A program made the position numbers and the translations under genes. 64,000 nucleotides of DNA from positions 1,115 to 65,114 of the forward strand of contig JALHQN010000022.1 in the NCBI GenBank assembly GCA_022841915.1, written 5' to 3'. Under the pieces are notes generated by a model that was not told where the DNA came from, did no database searches, and worked only from the letters and a program-made list of their open reading frames with translations. Source of the stretch: Burkholderiales bacterium (GTDB taxonomy: Bacteria; Pseudomonadota; Gammaproteobacteria; Burkholderiales; WYBJ01). Below are positions 27,534 through 38,466 of this stretch, piece after piece (positions within the stretch are counted from its first letter, which is position 1; each line of letters opens with the position of its first letter).

Positions 27534-28336
27534 TTCGCTCCTTGGCCCGGGAGGATCCAGGCGGGCTTGCGTTTGTCGAGGAACGCGCCGATGCCTTCCT
27601 TGCCTTCGGCGCTCGCGCGCGTGGTGGCAATCATGCGCGCCGTGTAGTTCTGCTTGGCCTGATCGATCGGACCCTGTGCGACCTGGGCGATCAGCGTCTT
27701 GCAGCTTGCGATGGAGGCCGGGCCGCCGCGCAAGGCCTGTTCGACGATGCGGCCGATGGTGGCATCCAGTTCATCGGCGGTGCACAGTTCGTGCAACAGA
27801 CCGATGCGCAAGGCTTCGGCCGCCTCGATGCGCTCGGCCGTCAGCATGTAGCGCCGTGCGTGGCGCTCGCCGATCGCGGCCACCGCATACGGGCTGATCA
27901 TGGCCGGAATCAATCCCAGCCGCACTTCCGAGAAGCAGAACGCGGCCTGCGGCGTGCCGATGGCGATATCGCAGCAAGCCACCACGCCGACACCGCCGCC
28001 GTAGGCCGGGCCGTGCACGCGTGCGATGGTCGGCTTGGGCATGCCGTCGATCAGGGCCAGGAGTTCGGTGAACTCCAGGGCGTCGCGATAGTTCTGCGCC
28101 TCGTCGTAGTCTGCCGTGCGCTTCATCCAGTTGAGATCCGCGCCGGCACAAAAGCTCTTGCCGTTGCCTGCAATGACGACGACGCGCGCCGCGGGGTCGT
28201 CCGCGACGCGGCGCAGTCCTGCCTTGCATTGCGCGATCACCGATTCGTCGATGGCATTGTGCAGTTCGGGGCGATTGAACGTGATCGTGGCGACGCCATC
28301 GGGGCCGATCTCGGTGACTACGGACTCGTTGCTCAT
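27530..28336 (-). CDS. liuC: enoyl-CoA hydratase (methylglutaconyl-CoA hydratase by context)
   Basis: Crotonase fold (FNRPELHNA, AGNGKSFCAGADL). It overlaps liuE by 4 nt (ATGA). Confidence 0.85.
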   Translation of the reverse strand: MSNESVVTEIGPDGVATITFNRPELHNAIDESVIAQCKAGLRRVADDPAARVVVIAGNGKSFCAGADLNWMKRTADYDEAQNYRDALEFTELLALIDGMPKPTIARVHGPAYGGGVGVVACCDIAIGTPQAAFCFSEVRLGLIPAMISPYAVAAIGERHARRYMLTAERIEAAEALRIGLLHELCTADELDATIGRIVEQALRGGPASIASCKTLIAQVAQGPIDQAKQNYTARMIATTRASAEGKEGIGAFLDKRKPAWILPGQGAK

Positions 28337-28438
28337 GGGTCGAATCTCTAAGGAAAGTCTGGTGCCAGGACGGCGAGCGCCGATTTTCGCGCGATTCCGT
28401 CCGCAAGAGAATGCGCGTGTACGCGCTTCGCCGCCCGC

Positions 28439-30045
<1,607 letters not shown>

Positions 30046-30046
<1 letters not shown>

Positions 30047-30648
30047 CACCAGCCGCCGCTCGCCATCCAGCGCTCGACCTGATCGAGCCGGTCCGCACCC
30101 CAGAACGGCTCGCCGTCGACGATTAAGTAGGGCGAGCCGAAGACCTTGCGCTCGATCGCCTGCTCCACTTCGACCTTGAGCGCGTCTTTCACCGAGGCGT
30201 CGTTCATCCCTGCGGCGGCGCAGGCTCGATCGAAGCCGCAGGCGGCGGCGACGTCCGCACAGACCTCGGGGCTGGAGATGTCCCGGTCGTCGGCGAAGTA
30301 GGCGCGATACAGCGCGAGGGCCAGCCGCTTTGCGCCCGCATCGTCGGGCTGGCGAGCCCACAGCGTTAGGCGGGCGGGCGCCTGGGTCGGGATGGGAAAC
30401 TTGCTCGGCAGCTTGAAGGGCACGCCGAGCAGCCGTGCGCAACGCGCCATGTCCCGCACCGCGTACTCGCCTTTCAACGGGACAGTCGTCAAGGGCGCGC
30501 CACCCGACACCTTGAACACCGCACCCAGCAGGATCGGATGCCAGCGTACCGCGCGCCCGTGCTTGGCGGCGAGGGCGTCGATCTGGGTGCTGGCGAGGTA
30601 GCCGTAGGGCGAGGAGAAGTCGAAATAGAAGTCGACGGGTTCCGGCAT
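30046..30648 (-). CDS. 2-hydroxychromene-2-carboxylate isomerase / DsbA-like (GST-kappa) family protein
   Basis: Contains [13 protein letters not shown] and the [19 protein letters not shown] motif. Its stop overlaps the liuB start by 1 nt. Confidence 0.85.
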
Positions 30649-30688
30649 GACGGTATCCTTGTCTCGGAGCGGGGTGGGGAGCGGCTGG

Positions 30689-31873
30689 TCAAGGCAGGCG
30701 TTCGACAGCCATGGCGGTCGCTTCTCCGCCGCCGATACACAGCGCGGCCACGCCGCGGCGCAAGTCGTATCTCTCGAGCGCGGCCAGGAGCGTGACCAGG
30801 ATGCGTGTGCCCGAGGCCCCGATGGGATGGCCGAGCGCGCAAGCGCCGCCGTGCACGTTCACTTTGTCGTGCGGCAGGTCAAGTTCGTGCATCGCGGCCA
30901 TGGTGACGACGGCGAAGGCTTCGTTGATTTCGTACAGATCGACCTGGTCGGTCGTCCAACCCGTTCGTTCGAGCAATTTGCGGATCGCGCCGACCGGTGC
31001 CGTGGTGAACCATCCCGGCGCTTGCGCGTGCGTCGCATGACCGACGATGCGCGCCCGGGCGCGCAGGCCCTGCGCATCCGCATGCGATCGCTTCATCATC
31101 GCCAGGGCGGCGGCGCCATCCGAGATCGAACTCGAATTGGCCGGCGTGACGGTGCCGTCCTTGCGGAATGCCGGGCGCAGCGTCGGGATGCGTTCGAGGT
31201 TCGCTTTCAGCGGCTGCTCGTCCTGTGCGACGGTTTGCTCGCGCTTGCCGGAATGCACGAGCACGGGAACGATTTCGCCGGCGAAGCTGCCGTTGCGGAT
31301 GGCCTGCTGGGCACGGGTCAGAGATTCGATGGCGAACCGATCCTGGGCTTCGCGCGTGAAGTGGTAATGATCGGCGCATTCCTCGGCGAAGGCGCCCATC
31401 AGGCGTCCCTTGTCGTACGCGTCTTCCAGGCCGTCGAGGAACATGTGGTCCTTCACGTCCCCGTGGCCGAGTCGCAGGCCGCCGCGCGCCTTGGGCAACA
31501 GATAGGGCGCGTTCGACATGCTTTCCATGCCGCCCGCGACCATGACGCGGTTGGTGCCGGCGAGCAGCAGATCGTGCGCTAGCATGGCCGCCTTCATGCC
31601 CGAGCCGCACATCTTGTTGATGGTGGTGCAGCCGATCGAATCGGGCAGGCCCGCGCCGAGACTCGCTTGTCGTGCGGGCGCCTGGCCCTGACCGGCGGGC
31701 AACACGTTGCCCATGATCACTTCGTCGATCGCCGCGGCGGACACGCCCGCGCGCTCGACGGCGGCGCGTATGGCCGCTGCACCCAGTTCGCTCGCCGTGG
31801 CGCTCTGCAGATCGCCGAGAAAAGCGCCCATCGGGGTGCGTGCGGCCGAAGCGATAACCACGGGGTCGTTCAT
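30689..31873 (-). CDS. acetyl-CoA C-acetyltransferase (thiolase II)
   Basis: Start MNDPVVIASAARTPMG follows GGAGG. The active-site regions NKMCGSG, NVHGGACALGHPIG and ALCIGGGEA are present. Confidence 0.9.
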   Translation of the reverse strand: MNDPVVIASAARTPMGAFLGDLQSATASELGAAAIRAAVERAGVSAAAIDEVIMGNVLPAGQGQAPARQASLGAGLPDSIGCTTINKMCGSGMKAAMLAHDLLLAGTNRVMVAGGMESMSNAPYLLPKARGGLRLGHGDVKDHMFLDGLEDAYDKGRLMGAFAEECADHYHFTREAQDRFAIESLTRAQQAIRNGSFAGEIVPVLVHSGKREQTVAQDEQPLKANLERIPTLRPAFRKDGTVTPANSSSISDGAAALAMMKRSHADAQGLRARARIVGHATHAQAPGWFTTAPVGAIRKLLERTGWTTDQVDLYEINEAFAVVTMAAMHELDLPHDKVNVHGGACALGHPIGASGTRILVTLLAALERYDLRRGVAALCIGGGEATAMAVERLP

Positions 31874-32087
31874 GGGGAGCCTCCGGAACAGCACAGGATC
31901 GAGTGGCGTCGCCGGTCCGCGCACAGCAATCGCGAGTACGGTCGGGCGACACCCGGCTTATTCTACGTCGTGAAGACAGGCAGACGCAGCCCGGTGCGAT
32001 CGTCGGCGCGGCCAAGCGGCGCGTAACCACCCGCATGGCCGGAAGCCGGCGCTCGTCACCGAACGCGCCGCGGGGCAAGGCGCAAGG

Positions 32088-32345
32088 TCACCCGCCGCTC
32101 AGTGCCTGCACGATCACCAGTTCGTCGCTGGTCTGCAAGGGCCGATCGAGCTCGCGCACTTGCACGCCATTGACGAACATGCGGATGTGCGCTCGGATGC
32201 GGTCCTGTTCGTCGACCATGCGAAAGCGGATGCCGTTGTACTGGCGATCGAGATCGATCAGCACCTCGGCAAGAGTCGCTCCGCTGGCCTCGGTCTCCGC
32301 GCGCTCGGTGTAGGAGCGCAAGGCGCTCGGTATGCGCACTTTCAT
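32088..32345 (-). CDS. MoaD/ThiS-family ubiquitin-like beta-grasp protein ending in Gly-Gly
   Basis: 85 aa. The C-terminus ...IVQALSGG is followed directly by the stop. The gene starts 13 nt after the upstream BNR gene. Confidence 0.8.
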   Translation of the reverse strand: MKVRIPSALRSYTERAETEASGATLAEVLIDLDRQYNGIRFRMVDEQDRIRAHIRMFVNGVQVRELDRPLQTSDELVIVQALSGG

Positions 32346-32358
32346 GGCTGCACGGCTA

Positions 32359-33540
32359 TCAGCTCAGCGTCGCGGCTTCCACCGCGTAGATCTCGGGCAG
32401 ATGGCGAGCCATGCACGTCCATTGCGCGCCTTCGTCCGAACTCATCCAGAGCTCGCCGCTGGTGGTGCCGAAGTACACCCCGACCGAGTCGCAGCTGTCC
32501 ACGGCCATCGCCTGGCGCTTGACGGTCCACCACGCCTGCGCCTCGGGCATGCCCGCGTCGAGCCGCTGCCAGGTCTTGCCCGCGTTGCGGGTGACGTAGA
32601 CGGCGGGCTTGCCGCCCGGGCTGGTGCGTGGCCAAACCTGCGTCCCGTCCATGGGCAGCACCCAGGCCGTATCCGCGTCGCGCGGATGCACGGCGAGCGG
32701 AAAGCCGATGTCGCCGACTCGCTTCGGCATGGCCTTGCCGATGCGCACCCATTCGTCCGACGGCCGGTCGATGCGGTAGATGCCGCAGTGGTTCTGCTGA
32801 TACAGCCGGTCCGGGTTGCTGGGGCACATGCGCACGCAATGCGGATCGTGATAGGTCGGTTGGGCCGGGTCGAAGCCGAAGCCTTCGACGACATCGAGCC
32901 CTTTCAGCAGGGGGGCGAACGTCTTGCCTCCATCCAGCGACTCGTGCACGCCGCCGCCGGACATGGCGAAATAGAGATGCTTCGGGTCGCGCGGATCGAC
33001 GATGATGGAGTGCAGCTTGGGGCCGTCCGGCGTGCCGTCCTGCACCGTGCCCATCCATTCGCGATACTGCGGATCGTCGTTGATGCAGGAGTAGGGGCGC
33101 CATGTGATTCCCCCGTCGTCGGAGCGGAACAGTCCCTGCGGGGAGGTCCCTGCATACCAGGCCTGCGGCTCGTTGGCATGGCAGGGCGCGAGCCAGAAGG
33201 TGTGGTCGACGGCGCGACCCTTCTCGTCGGCCTTCGCCTTGGCGAAGGCCGGGGGCTGGCTCGCCTCCTTCCAGGAGCGACCGCGATCGGTGGAGCGGAA
33301 CACGGTGGGCCCCAGATGCCCCGTCTTGGCCGCGGCGAGCAGGGTGCGGCCATCGCGCGGATCGAGCACCAGATGGCTCACGACGTGGCCCAAAAAGTGT
33401 GGACCTTCGACCCGCCAGTCCCGACGCGACGTGTCGCCATGGAAGAGCCAGGCGCCTTTGCGCGTCGCCACCAGCACGACGATACGCCGGCCCTTGTCGC
33501 CCTGGGCAGTCGGGCGCGTCTCGCGAGTCTGCGTGCTCAT
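32359..33540 (-). CDS. BNR/Asp-box repeat beta-propeller protein (sialidase/Ycf48-like fold), no signal peptide
   Basis: This is the internal start MSTQTRETRP of track ORF 32359..33885. Five Asp-boxes are present: STDRGRSW, SDDGGITW, SLDGGKTF, TRNAGKTW and SSDEGAQW. Confidence 0.8.
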   Translation of the reverse strand: MSTQTRETRPTAQGDKGRRIVVLVATRKGAWLFHGDTSRRDWRVEGPHFLGHVVSHLVLDPRDGRTLLAAAKTGHLGPTVFRSTDRGRSWKEASQPPAFAKAKADEKGRAVDHTFWLAPCHANEPQAWYAGTSPQGLFRSDDGGITWRPYSCINDDPQYREWMGTVQDGTPDGPKLHSIIVDPRDPKHLYFAMSGGGVHESLDGGKTFAPLLKGLDVVEGFGFDPAQPTYHDPHCVRMCPSNPDRLYQQNHCGIYRIDRPSDEWVRIGKAMPKRVGDIGFPLAVHPRDADTAWVLPMDGTQVWPRTSPGGKPAVYVTRNAGKTWQRLDAGMPEAQAWWTVKRQAMAVDSCDSVGVYFGTTSGELWMSSDEGAQWTCMARHLPEIYAVEAATLS

Positions 33541-33896
33541 GATTTCACCTTCGCGGCGGCGACGCTCTCGCGTATCGGCCGGATCGGCCGCACTTCGATG
33601 CTGCCCACGCGCGCGGGCGGAATCCTGCCGGCGATTTGAATCGCTTCGTCCAGGTTCGCTGCTTCGATCATGTAGAAGCCTGCGAGCTGCTCCTTGGTCT
33701 CGGCGAACGGACCGTCGGTGATCGAGAGTCGGCCCTCGCGCACTCGCACCGTCGTGGCGCTGTGCACCGATTCGAGCGCTTCCGAGGCGAGGCAATGGCC
33801 GCTGTTGCGCACGGCCGTATCGAATTCGACGCAGTCCTCGTCGGGCAGTTCGCCCAGGCGCTTCTCGTCGAGGTAAACCAGGCATAGGTATTTCAC
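33537..33896 (-). CDS. YciI-family (DGPF-motif) protein
   Basis: MKYLCLVY...ITDGPFAETKEQLAGFYMIEA is the YciI/DGPF signature. It overlaps the BNR gene by 4 nt. Confidence 0.85.
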   Translation of the reverse strand: MKYLCLVYLDEKRLGELPDEDCVEFDTAVRNSGHCLASEALESVHSATTVRVREGRLSITDGPFAETKEQLAGFYMIEAANLDEAIQIAGRIPPARVGSIEVRPIRPIRESVAAAKVKS

Positions 33897-34007
33897 GGGA
33901 TGTTCCTCCTGTTATCGGGCGGCTGGATCTCGCGCCCTAGTCGAACGAGCCCACACAGAATCGACATCGAATGCGCGTCAAGCAGAACGCGCCACCGCGC
34001 GACCCGA

Positions 34008-35786
34008 CTAGCGGCCTCGCGCCACACCCTCGCGCCGAGGGTCGGCGCCACCGGTCCAGCCGTGCTCGGCGCGCACGATGCCGTGCACGCCGCTGGTCAT
34101 GTCGATGACGCGAACCGGATGGCCCATCGCGGCCAGCGTCGCTTCCAGGGTTTCGGCTTGCGTGCCTCGCTCCAGTTCGGTCGCCGCGTTGCGGCTCGTC
34201 ACGTTGGGCAAGTCGATCGCGGCCTGGATGTCGAGTTTCCAGTCGAGCGTGGCCACCAGGGTCTTGAGCACGTAGCCGATGATCAGACTGCCGCCCGGCG
34301 AGCCGACGACCATGTGCAGCTTGCCGTCGGCATCGAACACCAGGGTCGGCGCCATCGAGCTGCGTGGCCGCTTCCCCGGCTCGACGCGATTGGCCACCGG
34401 CCTGCCGTCCTGGCTGGGTGAGAAGTTGAAGTCGGTCAGCTGGTTGTTGAGCAGGAAGCCGCGCGCCATGATGCGAGCGCCGAAGAACGATTCGATGGTG
34501 GTCGTCATCGAGACCGCATTGCCCTGGCCGTCGACGATGGACAGGTGACTGGTGCCGGAGGCTTCGTCCATGGGATCGTCGGCCAGCGCGACATCCGCGC
34601 CCGGTGGTGTGCCCGCTTGCGCCTTGCCCATGGACCGCTCGGGCTGGATCGCCTGCGCGCGTTGCCGCACGTACCCCGGGTCGAGCAAGCCTCGGACCGG
34701 GACGCTGACGAAGCGATCGTCGGCGACGTAGCGGTTGCGGTCGGCGAAGGCCAGTCGCCCGACCTCCGCCAACAAATGCGCAGCCTGACTGGAATCCGGT
34801 CGCACCGAGGCGAGATCGAAGTGGGAGAGCATCCCCAGCATTTGCAGCACCGCGATCCCGCCCGAGGAGGAAGGCGGCATGCCGCAGATCCGGAACACCC
34901 GATAGGGCCCGCAAAGTGGGGCCACTTCGCGCACGGTGTAGTGAGCGAGGTCGGCTTCGGTCAGCGTGCCGGGATTGCTCGGATGCTCGCGCACCGCAGT
35001 CACGATGTCGCGCGCAATCTCGCCACGATAGAAGGCGTCGGCACCGTCACGGGCGAGGATGCGCAGCGTCGCGGCGAAGCTCGGGTTGCGCAGCAGGGTG
35101 CCCACGGCCTTGGGGTCGCCGTCCGCGTCGAAGAACAGCGCGCGGGCGGCGGGATCCCGATCCAGTCCGGTGACGCGGCCGAGCAGGTGATGGACGCGTG
35201 CGGTCATCGGATAGCCTTGCTCTGCCAGCGCTATGGCCGGCTCGAACAGTCTTCGCCAGGGCAGCTTGCCGTGTCGTCGATGGGCGAGTTCGAGCAGGCG
35301 CGCGAGACCCGGCACGCCGACCGCTCGCCCGCCGGTCACCGCCTGCTGAAACGACATCGGTTTGCCGTCGGGCCGCATGAAGAGCTGTTCATCCGCACCC
35401 GCAGGGGCAGTTTCGCGCCCATCGTAGGCGCGCGTCGCGTTTTCCCGGGCGTCGTAGTGCAGCAGGAACGCGCCGCCGCCGAGGCCGGACGCGTGCGGCT
35501 CGACCAGATTCAACACGAGCTGCGCTGCGATGGCTGCGTCCATTGCAGTGCCACCCTCGGCCAGCATGCGCAACCCCGCCTCCACGGCCAGCGGATTGGC
35601 CGCCGCCACCATGTACTCGCGCGCATGCGCCAGGGTTTTTTCGGTGCGTCCGCTGGCGGGCTCGGGCTGTAGCGGGCGGGCGATTTGGGCGGCGGCGGGA
35701 CCAGGCAGCAGAGCCAAGACGAACAGGATCGCGACGGTGCTGCGGCTGGCGCGTCGGAGGGTCGCCGACCGGCTGAGGGCATTCAT
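34008..35786 (-). CDS. ggt: gamma-glutamyltransferase
   Basis: Start MNALSRS... carries a signal peptide. The autoprocessing region reads ...EASGTSHLSIVD (catalytic Thr). SPGGSLIIGYV is also present. Confidence 0.9.
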   Translation of the reverse strand: MNALSRSATLRRASRSTVAILFVLALLPGPAAAQIARPLQPEPASGRTEKTLAHAREYMVAAANPLAVEAGLRMLAEGGTAMDAAIAAQLVLNLVEPHASGLGGGAFLLHYDARENATRAYDGRETAPAGADEQLFMRPDGKPMSFQQAVTGGRAVGVPGLARLLELAHRRHGKLPWRRLFEPAIALAEQGYPMTARVHHLLGRVTGLDRDPAARALFFDADGDPKAVGTLLRNPSFAATLRILARDGADAFYRGEIARDIVTAVREHPSNPGTLTEADLAHYTVREVAPLCGPYRVFRICGMPPSSSGGIAVLQMLGMLSHFDLASVRPDSSQAAHLLAEVGRLAFADRNRYVADDRFVSVPVRGLLDPGYVRQRAQAIQPERSMGKAQAGTPPGADVALADDPMDEASGTSHLSIVDGQGNAVSMTTTIESFFGARIMARGFLLNNQLTDFNFSPSQDGRPVANRVEPGKRPRSSMAPTLVFDADGKLHMVVGSPGGSLIIGYVLKTLVATLDWKLDIQAAIDLPNVTSRNAATELERGTQAETLEATLAAMGHPVRVIDMTSGVHGIVRAEHGWTGGADPRREGVARGR

Positions 35787-35895
35787 GCGGGTACCTCGTT
35801 GTGGACAGCATGCACGACCCGTGCGCAGGGGGCAGGGCGGCGCATCCATCGGTCGCCATGATAGCCTTGGCACCCTGCGCCTTACATCATTTCTC

Positions 35896-36777
35896 ATGGC
35901 AGCCAGCGAGTCGAGGCACTTGGATTCAGCGCATCGCCCCGCTCATGCCGCCGGCGTGGGGGAGGCGGCCATCATGGCGTCCGTCGTAGCCGAGCTTGCC
36001 GAGCGGCCGCTCTTCGGGCCGCTCGCGTCTTTGCTGCGCGACCTGCAAGACGTCGCCGATCTCGACCACCTCAACGCTCGAGCACGAGCCTGCGAGCCGC
36101 GGCCGTGCGCGGCTTGCGGTCCGCCCATACGCTTCGTCGAACCCGACGAAGCGCCCACCGCCTACGAGCATCGCGTGCACACGCTCGGCGAGGTAATGAC
36201 CCGTCCGGGCAACTGGCACGATTTCTTCAATGCCTTGGTGTGGCTGCGCTTCCCGCGGACCAAGGCGGCCCTCAACGCGTTGCATGTCGACGAGATGGCG
36301 CGCCAGTGTTCGCCCGGCCGTGGGCCGCTGCGCGATGCGGCCACCCAGTTCGATGAAAGTGGAGTGGTCATCCTGAGCGCCGATCCGAGCCTGTTCGCGT
36401 TGCTGCGGGCGCATTGCTGGGTAGAGTTGTTCTGGGAGCGCCGGGCCGATGTCATCCGGCAGATGCGTTTCATCGTGTTCGGCCACGGCGTCTACGATGC
36501 ACTGCGGGCGCCGTTCCACGGGCTGTGCGGGCGTTCGGCGCTGGTCGATGTCGAACCTGAACTGATCGCCGCGAGCGTAGACATACAGATTCAACACGCC
36601 GATGCCGTGCTTGCGCGCCGGTTCGACGAGCGCACCTGGTACCCGAAGCCCAAATGCCTGCTGCCCCTGCCCTTGCTCGGGATCCCGGGCGTGGATCCGC
36701 GGAACGAGGCGCGGGCGTATTACGAAGACACGCGCCAGTTTCGCCCGCTGCCGCAGGTCGGCCGTATCGCCCGTTAG
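35896..36777 (+). CDS. DUF3025-like protein
   Basis: WHDFFNALVWLRFPRTKAALNALH ... FDESGVVIL ... FGHGVYD matches the pattern I associate with DUF3025. The start is uncertain (35896 or 35974). Confidence 0.6.
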   Translation: MAASESRHLDSAHRPAHAAGVGEAAIMASVVAELAERPLFGPLASLLRDLQDVADLDHLNARARACEPRPCAACGPPIRFVEPDEAPTAYEHRVHTLGEVMTRPGNWHDFFNALVWLRFPRTKAALNALHVDEMARQCSPGRGPLRDAATQFDESGVVILSADPSLFALLRAHCWVELFWERRADVIRQMRFIVFGHGVYDALRAPFHGLCGRSALVDVEPELIAASVDIQIQHADAVLARRFDERTWYPKPKCLLPLPLLGIPGVDPRNEARAYYEDTRQFRPLPQVGRIAR

Positions 36778-36864
36778 GCCTGGGCCGTGCAGCGAGCGTT
36801 GCCGCGAATTGCCGCACGGCGAGCCTTTGGCCTCGCTGAGTTCGGGCGCTCGATTCGCCGAGTT

Positions 36865-38031
36865 TCAGCCCGTCTGTTCGAACAGCTCGCGCCCGATCAG
36901 CCAGCGCCGGATCTCGGACGTGCCGGCGCCGATTTCGTAGAGCTTCGCATCGCGCAGCAAGCGTCCGGTCGGAAAGTCTTGGGTATAGCCCACGCCGCCG
37001 AGGCATTGAATGGCTTCGAGGGCCATCCAGGTCGCGCGCTCGGCAGCGTGGAGGATCGCCCCGGCCGCATCCCGCCGCGTAATTCGGCCCCGATCGCAGG
37101 CCTGGGCCACGGCGTACACATAGGCGCGCGAGGCGTTCAGGGTCGTGTACATGTCGGCCAGCTTGGCCTGGATGAGCTGGAATTCGCCGATCGGGCGGCC
37201 GAACTGCTTGCGTTCGTGGACATAGGGCAGCACGACGTCCATGCAGGCTTGCATGATCCCGATCGGGCCGGCGGCCAGGACCGCGCGCTCGTAGTCGAGC
37301 CCGCTCATGAGCACGTCGACGCCTTGGCCGACTTCGCCCAGCACGTTTTCCGCCGGTACCTCGCAGTCCTGGAAGATCAGCTCGCAGGTGTTCGAGCCGC
37401 GCATGCCGAGCTTGTCGAGTTTCGGACCGGTGGAAAAGCCGGGGAAGCTCCGCTCGACGAGAAATGCGGTGATGCCTCGCGAGCCCGCGTCCGGCGCCGT
37501 CTTGGCGTAGACCACGAGGACGTCCGCGTCGGGGCCGTTGGTGATCCACATCTTGGTGCCGTTCAGGAGGTACCGGTCGCCATTGGCCTCCGCCCGCAGG
37601 CGCATGCTGACCACGTCCGATCCCGCCTCGGATTCCGACATCGCGAGTGCGCCGACGTGCTCGCCCGAGATGAGCTTGGGCAGGAACCTGACCTTCTGCG
37701 CCTCGCTGCCGTTGCGCCGAATCTGGTTCACGCACAGATTCGAGTGCGCGCCGTAGGACAGGCCGATCGACGCCGATGCCCGGCTGATCTCTTCCATCGC
37801 GACGGCGTGGGCGGTGTAGCCCATCCCGGCGCCGCCGTATTCCTCCTCGACGGTGATGCCGAGCAACCCCATCTCGCCGAGCTTGCGCCATAGGGGCTGG
37901 GGAAAGGCGTTGTCGCGGTCGACGCCGGCGGCCAGCGGCGCGATTTCCCGATGGCAGAACGCCGCAGTGCTCTCGCGCAACAAATCGATCTCCTCGCCGA
38001 GGGCGAAATCGAGGCTGGCAGATGGCGGCAT
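36865..38031 (-). CDS. liuA: isovaleryl-CoA dehydrogenase
   Basis: This is the internal start [21 protein letters not shown] of track ORF 36865..38103. Length is 388 aa. It has acyl-CoA dehydrogenase motifs and an IVD-like sequence ([19 protein letters not shown]). Confidence 0.9.
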   Translation of the reverse strand: MPPSASLDFALGEEIDLLRESTAAFCHREIAPLAAGVDRDNAFPQPLWRKLGEMGLLGITVEEEYGGAGMGYTAHAVAMEEISRASASIGLSYGAHSNLCVNQIRRNGSEAQKVRFLPKLISGEHVGALAMSESEAGSDVVSMRLRAEANGDRYLLNGTKMWITNGPDADVLVVYAKTAPDAGSRGITAFLVERSFPGFSTGPKLDKLGMRGSNTCELIFQDCEVPAENVLGEVGQGVDVLMSGLDYERAVLAAGPIGIMQACMDVVLPYVHERKQFGRPIGEFQLIQAKLADMYTTLNASRAYVYAVAQACDRGRITRRDAAGAILHAAERATWMALEAIQCLGGVGYTQDFPTGRLLRDAKLYEIGAGTSEIRRWLIGRELFEQTG

Positions 38032-38200
38032 GGCGGCTCCCGGGTTGCTATGCGTTGACGAGCGCAGGATAGTATTCCAAGCTGACGACGCCAGGCGCGG
38101 CACGAATCCGGCTCAGGGACGGGCCGTAATTGTGCTCTGCAACATCGGGCGACTAGAATAGTGCCCCCACTGCCTCGTTTCGCCAGAAGGCCTCTGCGAC

Positions 38201-38302
38201 GTGCTCCTACCCACCGCCGATACGACCGCTACGGTGACCTACGCCTTTGGTGAGGGCATCCCGGCGCCTGGGCAGTCGCTGGCAGTCGCGCCCGGCGTGC
38301 AG
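38201..38302 (+). pseudogene. possible 5' remnant of an MBL-fold hydrolase gene
   Basis: ...TVTYAFGEGIPAPGQSLAVAPGVQ resembles the conserved N-terminus (LxYPFGxxxPxPGxxLxVAPGV) of a betaproteobacterial MBL-fold hydrolase family. Similarity stops after about 34 codons. Confidence 0.3.
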
Positions 38303-38466
38303 CCGTTCTTCCATCAGGCTTCGGAGCGCTCAGACCGTGGCGGGTATTTCGCCTTGGGCGTGTGCATTGCCCATCTCAATCATCTGCTGCACGCAGGCCC
38401 TGTGCGCCGCCAGTCCGCCGTCGGCGGCGTGCTCAGGTTCATCGCGACATCAACGCCGGAGCACTC

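Noticed and set aside
35530-35895. N-terminal 122-codon extension of the DUF3025 ORF.
   Set aside because: The extension is antisense to the ggt 5' region and is Ala/Arg-rich. The first plausible start is 35896 or later.
36470-37893. 473-aa minus-strand ORF (36470-37891) and 368-aa + ORF (36787-37893) overlapping liuA.
   Set aside because: Both are off-frame or antisense shadows of the well-supported isovaleryl-CoA dehydrogenase frame (36865-38031).
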